A stretch of 64,000 bases of DNA from Sphingomonadales bacterium (GCA_028289885.1 JAQGKX010000169.1:57817-121816); one strand, 5' to 3'. Shown: positions 49,162 to 58,633, counted from the first letter of the stretch. Numbers and translations are program-made. The notes: generated from the sequence alone by a model not told the origin.

Positions 49162-50628
49162 CTAGGCGTTGCTTTCATAGGCGTCGATCAGCGCACGTGC
49201 TCCCTGAATGAACGGGGGCACGTGGATGAATGGCAGTATCGCAAGCTTCAGATCGTCGGCCTTTCCGGTGACAAGCCGGGTCGAGAGGAGGTTCGCGCCG
49301 CTCGCGTTACGCACATAAGCCCAGACGCCGTAATAATCGATCGCGCGCTGATCCACATCTGGCCCGCCAGCCGTTCGATACCGCATCATGAACCGTGGCC
49401 AGTCGAGCGACGCGCCGACGGTTACTTTCAAGTAACCGAGGTCGTCGGCAGGATCGCCGACATGGGCAAATTCCCAATCCACCAGTGCGCTCATCCTGCC
49501 GTCGTGCAACAGGAAGTTGTGGAAACCAATGTCGCCATGAATCAGCCGTGGTGGCTCGTCGCCGCCGGGCACATTTGCCATCAGCCACCCGAACAGCCCG
49601 ATCAATGCCGGCGAAGGCGTATGGGGTTCGCGCAGGAAGAATTGATACCAGTTTTGAATATAGCGCGCCGCACAGTCGCGCACCGACATATCCCAGAGTT
49701 CGTCGCGAATGGTGTCGGTCAAATTACCAAGCTCGCGCATCGGTCGCAGCGAATGGAGCGCGGCCATCTGGTCCGCCAGTATGTCGGCGAGATCGGCAGG
49801 GATTTCAGTCTTGGCACCAAAGAAATTCCCGGCGATGCTGCCCGGTGCGCGTCGCATCACGATGAAGTCCGCCCCCGGTAACAGCAGGTGTTCGGTATCG
49901 AGCCAGAGCGCATCAGGTGCCGGGAAACCCTGTTCAAAAGCGGCGCGGATGACGGGAAATTCCCGGTGGATACGGTGACAGGCGGTATCGAGGCCAGCAT
50001 TGTCGCCAAGGTCGCGGCGGATGACGAATTCTCCATCCAATGATTTGCCCCTGGCGACGAAGATCGTCGTTTCCTTGCCAAACCCACCCGCCAGCGCCTG
50101 AACGCTGGTGACGATCAAATCCGGTTCGTTGAATCGGTCGCGCAGATATGCGGTCAGCCGTTCCAGTGTGATCGCGGTGTCGCTCTCCTGCGCGAGGTTT
50201 CCAGCATCGCCCGTCTGACCCTTCCGATCTGCAGCCTCCCACGCAACGAGGCGGTCTATCAGTTCAATGCGACGGGCAGCATCGAGCGTCGGTTCGATCT
50301 CGATCGTTGCTGACTGGAAACTGCGCAGTGTATCGATCCAATGCGCTTCCAGTGATGCAAGCTCATTGATTGCTGCCGCCTGATCGATGCGGTGTCGGAC
50401 GGAATCGAGCGCCGGATGGGATGGTAGTGTGATCAGCAACTCCGAAAGACCCGCATATTGTGCGCGGACCGCTGCGATCCCGCCCGCCTCGCGCGTCGCC
50501 AGCAAGTCGATCGCATGGGAAAGCGACATCACCGTCGATCCGTCGGTGGCGCTGTCCGCCAGCAGGGGGGCAAGCCTGTTCAGTTCGGAGCGCATGGCAC
50601 CCAATATGCGGTCGGCAGGTATGAGCAT
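49162..50628 (-). CDS. APH-family phosphotransferase with N-terminal helical extension
   Basis: GGFGKET, IHGDIGFHN, LVDWE, GDPADDL. Start approximate. Confidence 0.85.
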   Translation of the reverse strand: MLIPADRILGAMRSELNRLAPLLADSATDGSTVMSLSHAIDLLATREAGGIAAVRAQYAGLSELLITLPSHPALDSVRHRIDQAAAINELASLEAHWIDTLRSFQSATIEIEPTLDAARRIELIDRLVAWEAADRKGQTGDAGNLAQESDTAITLERLTAYLRDRFNEPDLIVTSVQALAGGFGKETTIFVARGKSLDGEFVIRRDLGDNAGLDTACHRIHREFPVIRAAFEQGFPAPDALWLDTEHLLLPGADFIVMRRAPGSIAGNFFGAKTEIPADLADILADQMAALHSLRPMRELGNLTDTIRDELWDMSVRDCAARYIQNWYQFFLREPHTPSPALIGLFGWLMANVPGGDEPPRLIHGDIGFHNFLLHDGRMSALVDWEFAHVGDPADDLGYLKVTVGASLDWPRFMMRYRTAGGPDVDQRAIDYYGVWAYVRNASGANLLSTRLVTGKADDLKLAILPFIHVPPFIQGARALIDAYESNA

Positions 50629-50638
50629 GGCCAGTTCT

Positions 50639-50658
50639 TTCGTATGCAAGCTTACAAT
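50639..50658. promoter_or_regulatory. Palindromic operator copy between divergent kinase and ferredoxin genes
   Basis: TTCGTATGCAAGCTTACAAT. Confidence 0.5.
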
Positions 50659-50724
50659 TGAGGTTGACTATTCGCCTTATCGCCGCTGTGAGGAAGCCTC
50701 CAGCTTTTGATGTGGAGCCGTCGC

Positions 50725-51027
50725 GTGGGCATAAGCCGAATTACAGTTCCCGAAGTCGCCCTTGGCCGATCGGTTGCGATTACGGTCGAGGGCGAACAAG
50801 TGCTGATTTGCCGGTCCGCCACTGGCCTGCACGCAATCCGCGATAGCTGCCCGCATCAAAACCTGACGATGGACGGTGGCCGGGTTCGCGGTAACACGAT
50901 CATCTGTCCACATCACGGAGCGCGCTTCAGCCTGGAGGATGGGCGTTCCATGTCGCCCATCACCCCCAAGCCGATTACCGTGCTGACCTGTCACGAACAG
51001 GGTGGCGAACTGGAGATAAATCTCTAA
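50725..51027 (+). CDS. Rieske-type [2Fe-2S] ferredoxin
   Basis: CPHQ...CPHHGARFSLEDG, about 100 aa. GTG follows GGAG. Confidence 0.9.
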   Translation: MGISRITVPEVALGRSVAITVEGEQVLICRSATGLHAIRDSCPHQNLTMDGGRVRGNTIICPHHGARFSLEDGRSMSPITPKPITVLTCHEQGGELEINL

Positions 51028-51051
51028 CGCCGCCTGCTGTGACGTGGACAA

Positions 51052-51816
51052 TCAGAACTGCACGCGCTTCGTAAAGCCTCCGTCGATCACGATGTTGGCG
51101 CCCGTGATGAAGGAAGCGAGGGGACTGGCGAGAAACGCGACAGCAGGAGCCACATCTTGCGGGGTGCCAAAACGGCCGAGGGGAAATTGCGAAACTATGC
51201 TATCGTAAAACTCCGGCATCGCGGCCTTGGCGCCTTCCCAATTGCCACCGGGATAGCTGGTCGGGCCGGGCGACACCATATTCACGCGAATGCCCTTTGG
51301 ACCCCAGGCCTGTGACAGCTGCTTGCCATAGACGATGAGTGCCGCCTTCACTGCGTTGAACGCCTGCGGCATGAGGAACGTTTCGAGGGCCGCAGTGCTG
51401 GACATCAGGATGACCGATCCGGTTCCTGACTTTTCCAGATAGGGTTCAAGTGCCTCGCAGCCATCGACTGCGCCCATCATATCGATTTTGAAGCTCTGCT
51501 CCCAATCCATCGTCGCCTGTGCGCCCGACGAAGAAATCGAGTGGATGAAGATATCGGCACCGCCGAGTTTGTCGGCCAACCCGGTCAGGAACGCCTTGTA
51601 GCCATCGCGATCCTCAAGCGTGAAGGTCTCTGCAATGATGTTGCCACCGTGCTTCGCAAGGGCATCGCGCTGTGCCTCCAATCCTTCGGACTGACGCGTA
51701 AAGATCGCGATGTCGGCCCCTTCGGCGGCCAGAACCTCCGTGATTGCCTTGCTGATACCGCGCAATGCGCCACCAATGATAACCTTGCGGCCTTTAAGTC
51801 CTAAATCCATGTGCAT
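51052..51816 (-). CDS. SDR (atypical, FxxxK in place of YxxxK)
   Basis: GGALRGIS, AFNAVK, RVNMVSPG, IDGG. GAGGAGG RBS. Confidence 0.85.
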   Translation of the reverse strand: MHMDLGLKGRKVIIGGALRGISKAITEVLAAEGADIAIFTRQSEGLEAQRDALAKHGGNIIAETFTLEDRDGYKAFLTGLADKLGGADIFIHSISSSGAQATMDWEQSFKIDMMGAVDGCEALEPYLEKSGTGSVILMSSTAALETFLMPQAFNAVKAALIVYGKQLSQAWGPKGIRVNMVSPGPTSYPGGNWEGAKAAMPEFYDSIVSQFPLGRFGTPQDVAPAVAFLASPLASFITGANIVIDGGFTKRVQF

Positions 51817-51979
51817 CCTCCTCAGCGTCTGACGTTGCAGAATCTTCTGCTAGCCTAACATCATGTTGCTTACCAGTCTCTGGAAATGGTTGACGCGACA
51901 GGAATGCGCTCTCATGACTCGGAAAAATAGTAAGTTGGCGACCCATATCGAGTCGTATATCCTAACGGAGGGAAGCGGA

Positions 51980-53092
51980 ATGACGCAATCGGAAATGCCG
52001 GTCGAGACGTCGGAGTACGCTGCGCGGGCCGGGTGGAAGGAAAGCCACTATATCGGTCAGCGGGTCGATTTCTTTCCGATCGAGCCAGAGGATGATTTTC
52101 TCCACCCGGTGGGACCGGACGCTCATTTTACGGCGATCGAGACTAATTTATACGGGTTCAACATTCCCGAGGCGCAGATTCAGTGTAACATCTACGCGTT
52201 ATGGCATCACGCGTTGAAGACGATGTCGGTCCATATTTTTGTGACCAGGGGAGACCGTATTTTCGGGCACCAGCTTGAGGCGGATTATTTCCTCGATCAT
52301 CAATATCTGCCCGCCGTCACCGATAATGCGGACTGGTCGCTGACGATGGGATCGTGCGATGTCCGCATGAAGATCGTCAAGCCGCTGGAAGAAATCCTGA
52401 TCGAGTTCCGCGACGAAAGTCGGAGCTTCAGTCTCGACCTGACGATGACAGCCGCAATGCCGCCGGTTGGCAGGCCGGGCGGCAAGCACTTCACCCAGTT
52501 GATGAAAACCGTCGGATCGCTGACCCTCGACGGGCAGGGTTATGACATCGACGGCTTTTACGTCCGCGACCGGAGCTGGGGCTATAACAGGCCCGAGCAG
52601 CCCGAACGTACGCCGCCCTATCGCTGGATGACCGGATGGGCGGGGGCCGACACGGGCTTTGTAATAGCGTGGCTCGATACCGGCATGTTCGAAGGCAAGG
52701 AGTTCGGGCCGGAATGGGACACGGTCGTAGAGGGGGACGACGCCAAGGGCATCAATAAATGGGAATCGGGAGGACCAACCCCGAGCCTCAATCTTCGTTC
52801 AGGCTGGATCACAACCAGCGGTCGCCCTATTCCGGTCGTTGCAATGACCGCGCGGACGCGTTTCGCCAAGGGTAGCCGACTGTTGGTCGAGGCGATAGAA
52901 TTTGAAATCGAAGACGCCGAGGGCGGCAGGCATCACGTTGAGGCGGCGGTCAGATCAATGTATCCAAAGCTTTATTGGCAGAATATCGTCACCTACATGC
53001 ACTGCATGGACGTCTCGATCGACGGGAAAGCCGGGCATGGCGATCTGATGGACAGTTATACGACGCATCATATTCGCCGGTTCGGTCTGTGA
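51980..53092 (+). CDS. Uncharacterised CrtC/AttH-like protein (paralogue D)
   Basis: ETNLYGFNIP, HFTQ, RDRSWG, GHGDLMD. Clearly similar to paralogue A. Confidence 0.7.
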   Translation: MTQSEMPVETSEYAARAGWKESHYIGQRVDFFPIEPEDDFLHPVGPDAHFTAIETNLYGFNIPEAQIQCNIYALWHHALKTMSVHIFVTRGDRIFGHQLEADYFLDHQYLPAVTDNADWSLTMGSCDVRMKIVKPLEEILIEFRDESRSFSLDLTMTAAMPPVGRPGGKHFTQLMKTVGSLTLDGQGYDIDGFYVRDRSWGYNRPEQPERTPPYRWMTGWAGADTGFVIAWLDTGMFEGKEFGPEWDTVVEGDDAKGINKWESGGPTPSLNLRSGWITTSGRPIPVVAMTARTRFAKGSRLLVEAIEFEIEDAEGGRHHVEAAVRSMYPKLYWQNIVTYMHCMDVSIDGKAGHGDLMDSYTTHHIRRFGL

Positions 53093-53532
53093 GTACATCG
53101 GTGGCGGCACCCGCACCGGCGATGCGCGTCGAGGCGCTTGATCATGTAAACCTGCGCACTCCGGACGTGACCGGGACCGCCAGGTTCTTTGCCGACGTCC
53201 TGGGTCTTTCGATCACACCTTCACCCGGCAACGATGATCCGGAAAAGGCGCTGTGGATTTGCGACGGCGAGGGGCGGGCGATCGTTCATCTCGCGCGGCC
53301 CGACATCGCCTATCCGTGGGAACCGGAGGGTGGGGCGGCCCCCGCGCTGCCCGGAACAGGGCGGCTTCATCACGTCGCACTGCGCTGTACCGGTTATGCA
53401 GCCCTGTGCGCGCGACTGAGCGAAATGGGTGTCGTGGCCCATGCCAACGATATTCCACAGGTCTCGCTGCGACAGTTGTTCGTGACAGACCCGAACGGTG
53501 TGATGCTGGAACTCAACTTTTTCGGCGACTGA
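53089..53532 (+). CDS. VOC/glyoxalase family protein
   Basis: LDHVNLR, HHVAL, DPNGVMLE. GTGA overlap. Confidence 0.88.
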   Translation: MSTSVAAPAPAMRVEALDHVNLRTPDVTGTARFFADVLGLSITPSPGNDDPEKALWICDGEGRAIVHLARPDIAYPWEPEGGAAPALPGTGRLHHVALRCTGYAALCARLSEMGVVAHANDIPQVSLRQLFVTDPNGVMLELNFFGD

Positions 53533-53563
53533 CGCCCCAACCCACCGAAAACAGGAGATCAGA

Positions 53564-54355
53564 ATGAGGCTCAAAGACAAGGTTGCGGTCGTGCTCGGTG
53601 CATCGGCAGAGGGCGGCACGGGGTGGGCAATCGCGGAGGCGTTGGCGGAAGCTGGCGCAAAGGTCGTGGTTGCAGCGCGTAACAAGGAAGGGCTGGATCG
53701 GCTGGCCGGAAAGATTGGTGGGATCGCCATCTCGTGTGACGCGGGCAGCCAGAAGGAGATCGAGGCACTCGCCGATGCGACCGTTGCTGCTTACGGCAAG
53801 ATCGACATTGCGGTGAATTCCGCTGCGTTGCCGGTCATCAGCCTGATCAGGGACGTGACGCCCGAGCAGCTTCAGCAGGGGATCGACGTCAACTATTTCG
53901 GTCATGTCTGGTTCGTGAAATACATGACCGAGCGCATGAACGATGGTGGTGCGATCACGTTGATTTCATCGAACAGCACGACCCAGCCGCAGCCGCCCCA
54001 TTTCGCTTATGCCTGTGCGAAATCGGCGATGGATTGTCTCGTGCGCTATGCGGCACTCGAATATGGGGCTCGGGGCATCCGCGTCAATTCGCTGCTGCCC
54101 GGCCCGATCAAGTCAGCCATGGCAAAGCATTTGTTTGAAATCCCCGGGGTCGAGGAAACTTATGCCCGACACATCCCACTCGGTCGTGTCGGGCATCCTC
54201 GCGACTATGCCGATGCGGTCGTTTTCCTGTCCGGCCCGACCTTTATCACCGGCCTTAACATGCCGCTGAGTGGCGGAAATCATCTGACCGGAATGCCGTT
54301 CCTCGAAGACATTCCAAGCGGAGAGGACGCATATAGGTCGGATCAGACAGCGTGA
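53564..54355 (+). CDS. SDR (paralogue of 11154..11993)
   Basis: LGASAEGGTGW, YACAK. Confidence 0.92.
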   Translation: MRLKDKVAVVLGASAEGGTGWAIAEALAEAGAKVVVAARNKEGLDRLAGKIGGIAISCDAGSQKEIEALADATVAAYGKIDIAVNSAALPVISLIRDVTPEQLQQGIDVNYFGHVWFVKYMTERMNDGGAITLISSNSTTQPQPPHFAYACAKSAMDCLVRYAALEYGARGIRVNSLLPGPIKSAMAKHLFEIPGVEETYARHIPLGRVGHPRDYADAVVFLSGPTFITGLNMPLSGGNHLTGMPFLEDIPSGEDAYRSDQTA

Positions 54356-55122
54356 GCCAGTCGTTGAAAGGCCGCGTCGCGATCATCAGCGGCGCGGCTC
54401 AGGGCATCGGTGCCGCCTCGGCCTATGCGCTTGCAGAGGCGGGCGCATACGTGGTTCTGGGGGACGTCAAGGATGATATCGGTCGTGACACTGCCGGACG
54501 ACTGCGCGAACAGGGTTTTGAGGCGGATTACCTCTCGCTCGACGTGACCGACCCGACTGCATGGGCGGCGATCGTCGCCCATGCATTGTCGCGCTTTGGG
54601 CGAATCGATTGCCTCGTCAACAATGCCGGGATCGACATTTCCGCGACGATCGAGGATGCGCGGATCGAGGATTTTCGACGCATCCTCGACGTTAACCTGT
54701 TCAGCCAGTTTTACGGCATGCAGGCGGTCATCCCGACGATGAAGGGCGGGTTGGGTGGCTCGATTATCAACATAGCCTCGCTCGCGACGAAGAAGTTTGC
54801 GCCGACGAGTGCGCTTTATGCATCGTCAAAGGCGGCAACCGCTGCACTTGCCAAGACGGCGGCGCTACACCTTGCGCAGCAGGCAACCGGGATACGGGTA
54901 AACACCGTGCATCCCGGCCCCACAGCGACCGCGATCCTGTTGGGGGAAGATGGCGGGCGAGCGGAATCACCCGACATCAAGGCGGCGATCGGCATGATCC
55001 CGATGGCACGAATGGCCGATGCATCGGAAATGGGGCAGGTGGTCGTTTTCCTGGCCTCGGACGCGTCGAGCTACATGACCGGGGCCGAGCTGTTCGTCGA
55101 TGGCGGTCTTGGCCTCGTTTAA
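54352..55122 (+). CDS. Short-chain dehydrogenase/reductase
   Basis: SGAAQGIG, NNAG, YASSK, RVNTVHPG. Confidence 0.92.
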   Translation: MSQSLKGRVAIISGAAQGIGAASAYALAEAGAYVVLGDVKDDIGRDTAGRLREQGFEADYLSLDVTDPTAWAAIVAHALSRFGRIDCLVNNAGIDISATIEDARIEDFRRILDVNLFSQFYGMQAVIPTMKGGLGGSIINIASLATKKFAPTSALYASSKAATAALAKTAALHLAQQATGIRVNTVHPGPTATAILLGEDGGRAESPDIKAAIGMIPMARMADASEMGQVVVFLASDASSYMTGAELFVDGGLGLV

Positions 55123-55142
55123 GCCCTGACGAACCCCTGAGA

Positions 55143-56000
55143 TCAGGCTGGTGCGATCGTTGCCGAGCAGCGATCGAGCACCACCACATCGCGTTCCTTG
55201 GCCACCGCGCGAAATCGCAACCCGCCCTCGACCTCGTGAAACTCCAGGCGGATCGTTTCGCCCGGCATCACTGGCTTGCTGAACCGCACGAACATCTGTG
55301 TCAGGCGCGCGGGGTTATTGTCGCAATAGGCCGAAAGAATACCGCGCGTTGCGATGCCATTCGTGCAGAGACCGTGAAGGATCGGCCTGTCGAAGCCCGC
55401 TCGTCGTGCAATTTCGGGATCGGCGTGCAACGGGTTCCAGTCGCCGCTCAACCGGTAAATCAGTGCCTGGCGCGGCAAGGTGGTAATCTCGACGATCTTG
55501 TCCGGAACCTTGTCGGGGATTGGCTGGGCTGGTGCGACTGCCGTCCCGAACCCGCCCTCGCCGCCATTGCCGCGCAGGAATAATGTGGAACGGACCGTGG
55601 CGTGATGTTCACCCGTGGCCTCGTTATAGAGTTCCTTCTGTTGATGAAGCAGAGCGCCGCGACCCTCGCCCTTGTCCTCGATACCGGCCACAAGATACTG
55701 GCCACGGATCGACCCCGTTGGGGGTAGCGGCTTGTGGATCCGAAAATCCTGCTCGGCGTGTAGAATCTTGACCCAGTCGACACCCCATTGAGGGTCCTGC
55801 GCCCAAAATCCGGGATGGCATAACAGGTTTGCATAAGACGGCAGGCTACGAAGCTCGCGTTCGTAAACGAAGGGCAACTCGCCGCCGTCCAGCGGATCGG
55901 CACCATAACCAAGACCCAGCGCATAAAGGATCGTGTCGCGCTTGTCGTATGTCTGCACGATTGGTTCGATCTTCATCGCGGCGATCTTTTCGATTTCCAT
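55143..56000 (-). CDS. MaoC-type double-hotdog (R)-specific enoyl-CoA hydratase
   Basis: ILYALG, hydratase-2 motif YRLSGDWNPLHADP, ILHGLCT. Confidence 0.92.
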   Translation of the reverse strand: MEIEKIAAMKIEPIVQTYDKRDTILYALGLGYGADPLDGGELPFVYERELRSLPSYANLLCHPGFWAQDPQWGVDWVKILHAEQDFRIHKPLPPTGSIRGQYLVAGIEDKGEGRGALLHQQKELYNEATGEHHATVRSTLFLRGNGGEGGFGTAVAPAQPIPDKVPDKIVEITTLPRQALIYRLSGDWNPLHADPEIARRAGFDRPILHGLCTNGIATRGILSAYCDNNPARLTQMFVRFSKPVMPGETIRLEFHEVEGGLRFRAVAKERDVVVLDRCSATIAPA

Positions 56001-56108
56001 TCGGCAGTTCCCTGATATCGTTCGCATGCTCATTATTATCGTAATGTTTCCGAGGCAAGCGGCAGCTTACGGAGCTATGAAAATATCAAGAGGGTTGGAC
56101 ACAAGATT

Positions 56109-56128
56109 ATAGTAGGCTAGCGTAACAT
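56109..56128. promoter_or_regulatory. Palindromic operator copy
   Basis: ATAGTAGGCTAGCGTAACAT. A second copy, ATCGTTCGCATGCTCATTAT, lies at 56017-56036. Confidence 0.55.
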
Positions 56129-56185
56129 CAAACCCCGCTCGTTCAAATGGCGGGGACGGCGATGCAATCGTAGAGGAACGAGTGA

Positions 56186-57001
56186 ATGAGCGACCATGTA
56201 ACATTGGAATGGGCTGGCGACGGGATTGCGTTGGTCACGGTCGGCGATGGTGGTGCCCATGGCCATACGACGACCTGTGCGACCGTATCGCGTCTGGCCG
56301 ATATCCTGGACGAAGCGCAGGTCGCCGGCGCACGCGTTGTCGTGCTCGCATCGTCTGTCGAAGGCCACTGGCTGGAACATGCCTATCTCGACGACATCTG
56401 TCAGTTGGTCGCCGGGCAGCCGGCGAGCGGTGATCCGGCTGGCTGGTTTCGGTCGCTGACGACGCTCAGCCGTGGGAAAATGGTCGCGATCGCAGCGATC
56501 AACGGCGACACGTCGGGCGGCGGGTGCGAACTGGGCTGGGCATGCGATTTGCGCGTTGCAGAGGAACAGGCACGTTTCAGCCAGCCCGAGGTGATCATCG
56601 GCGTTGGCACAGGCATCGGCGGCACCTCACGTCTGATGCGGCTGATCGGTCGCACCGTAACGGCCGAAATCGTGTTGATGGGGCAGCCTGTCACGGCACA
56701 GCGCCTGTACGAACTTGGCGGGGTCAACCGCGTGGTACCCAAGGGAAAGGCGCTGGAGACCGCCCTCGCAATGGCGCGACACATCGCATCACTGCCGCCG
56801 CAATCGGTCGCTGGCATGAAGCAGATGTTGGGTGAGGACGAAGACCTTCACCAAAGCGAAGGGATAGACAACGACCAGAAGATCAGCGGCACATTATTCG
56901 CCAATGCCGACAGTATTGCCAGCATGAAGCGCGTGCAGGCGCGACTGGATGCCGGCGAAACAATGGACCAGATTTATTGGGGATCAGATAAATTGGACTA
57001 A
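56186..57001 (+). CDS. Enoyl-CoA hydratase/isomerase family
   Basis: AINGDTSGGGCELGWACD, QPEVIIG. Confidence 0.88.
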   Translation: MSDHVTLEWAGDGIALVTVGDGGAHGHTTTCATVSRLADILDEAQVAGARVVVLASSVEGHWLEHAYLDDICQLVAGQPASGDPAGWFRSLTTLSRGKMVAIAAINGDTSGGGCELGWACDLRVAEEQARFSQPEVIIGVGTGIGGTSRLMRLIGRTVTAEIVLMGQPVTAQRLYELGGVNRVVPKGKALETALAMARHIASLPPQSVAGMKQMLGEDEDLHQSEGIDNDQKISGTLFANADSIASMKRVQARLDAGETMDQIYWGSDKLD

Positions 57002-57029
57002 CGCCCGAGCTGACGGGATTTTTGAAGCG

Positions 57030-57491
57030 TCACTCCGTTTCGACGTACAAGCGGCGCAATCGCAGCGTGGCGATCTGCCAGCGGCCATTGGTTTTTCGGT
57101 AGGTTTCCCAGTAATGGCCCCATCCGCGAAATATGTGAAACGGAGCGCCCGGCGGTGCGATCAGCATGTCGTGCATCGGCCATGTGGCGCGGGCAGTATT
57201 TGCATCGACAATGTCGATTTCCGCCATATGGCCATAATGCACGCTGATCAGCGGCGTCAGGCCGGTGCGGACATAATCGACGATTGCGTCGACCCTGGTG
57301 ATTGGTGGTTCTTCATAGTCCTCGTCGGGTTTCGGAATTTCCAGGGCACCGCGCACGTCGAACACCGCATCATCGGTAAACAGCGTCGCGAATTCAGTCC
57401 ATTCGCGGCGATCCATGCAACGAAAATATGCGGCTTTCACCCGCTTGATCGCTTCCACGGCAACCAGTTGTTCAACATCGTCCACCGGCAT
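57030..57491 (-). CDS. NTF2/SnoaL-like protein (BaiE/LinA-like)
   Basis: KAAYFRCMD, SVHYGH, WPMHD, GWGHYWETY. Confidence 0.85.
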   Translation of the reverse strand: MPVDDVEQLVAVEAIKRVKAAYFRCMDRREWTEFATLFTDDAVFDVRGALEIPKPDEDYEEPPITRVDAIVDYVRTGLTPLISVHYGHMAEIDIVDANTARATWPMHDMLIAPPGAPFHIFRGWGHYWETYRKTNGRWQIATLRLRRLYVETE

Positions 57492-57607
57492 CTCTCCTGA
57501 AAGCCACGCGCTCCGTGCATGTCTTAAGCATGCCCAGCATAATTATGGTAGACATGCGTATCACTTCGGGCAATGCGATCGCCAGATTGAACAATAACGA
57601 GGGTCCA

Positions 57608-58633
57608 GTGGCAGAACTTCCAGTCTTCACCCGTCCCGCCGGTAATCGGCAGGTCGTGCTCACCGCCCGCCCGTCGGGGACCCCCGAAGCCAGGGATTTT
57701 GCGGTTCGCGTTGGTGCGATCGGGCAGCCAGCCGAGGGCCAGTTCCTCGTCCGCAATCTATATCTTTCGGCCGACCCTGTGCAGCGCGGCTGGGCCGCAA
57801 ACCCGGCATTGACACCAATCGACGCGCCGTTTCGCGCGCTTGCAGTTGGGGTAGTGGTCGAAAGCCGGGATAGCGGAGTTGCAGAAGGCGACGTCGTCTA
57901 CGGCTATTTCGGTTGGCAGGATTATGCGATTGCCACACGCGAAACCCTGCTCTCGCACATTGGCGCGCCTCGGGTTCCGATCTCGGCCTATGCGGGGGTA
58001 CTCGGCATGCCCGGCGTGACGGCTTGGCTCGCTCTCGGTAATCTCGCGCCGCCACGTGCCGGCGATGCCGTGCTGGTATCCACCGCAGCCGGTGCAGTCG
58101 GCAGCGTTGTCGGGCAGCTTGTCCGTGCGGCCGGTGGGGAGGCGTTCGGCCTCACCAGTAACGCCAGCAAGATCCGCCGCTGCGTAGATCGTTTCGGCTA
58201 TACGCAGGCCTATAATTACCGCGAAGGCGATCTGGCCGAAACATTGTCTGCGGCGCGGCCGGCGGGGTTCGACATCTATTTCGATAATACCGGTGGTGCC
58301 ATTCTGGATTCGGCTATCCGCGCGATGGCGAAAAACGGTCGCATCGTCCAGTGCGGCACGGCAGCGACGTCCAGCTGGAACCCGCCACCGACCGGCCTGC
58401 GCAACGAACGTGAAATCCTGTTGCGCACGCTCACCTGGTCGGGCTTCGTTATCTTTGACCATGTCGCCCGTTTTGGTGAAGCGATTAACGCCCTTACCGA
58501 TCTGATGCTTGCCGGACAGCTCGCATATGATGAGGATATCGACCGGGGCATCGATCAGGCGGCAGGGTCGCTGGCAACGGTCTTTGCAGGTACCGCCAGT
58601 GGCAAGAAGCTTATCTACATCGGCGAAGACTAG
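57608..58633 (+). CDS. NADP-dependent alkenal/one reductase (PTGR/CurA-like MDR)
   Basis: YLSADP, GWQDY, LGMPGVTA, AAGAVGS, YFDNTGG. Confidence 0.9.
   Translation: MAELPVFTRPAGNRQVVLTARPSGTPEARDFAVRVGAIGQPAEGQFLVRNLYLSADPVQRGWAANPALTPIDAPFRALAVGVVVESRDSGVAEGDVVYGYFGWQDYAIATRETLLSHIGAPRVPISAYAGVLGMPGVTAWLALGNLAPPRAGDAVLVSTAAGAVGSVVGQLVRAAGGEAFGLTSNASKIRRCVDRFGYTQAYNYREGDLAETLSAARPAGFDIYFDNTGGAILDSAIRAMAKNGRIVQCGTAATSSWNPPPTGLRNEREILLRTLTWSGFVIFDHVARFGEAINALTDLMLAGQLAYDEDIDRGIDQAAGSLATVFAGTASGKKLIYIGED

Noticed and set aside
35628-50649. APH-family genes as antibiotic-resistance determinants
   Set aside because: Their length, N-terminal extensions and beta-oxidation context fit metabolic kinases.
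4911-56000. Assigning the island to steroid degradation (kstD, scd/ipd, bai genes)
   Set aside because: The family-level resemblance is real, but I could not recognise diagnostic KshA, HsaA-D/TesA-D or IpdAB orthologues, so no such symbols were given.
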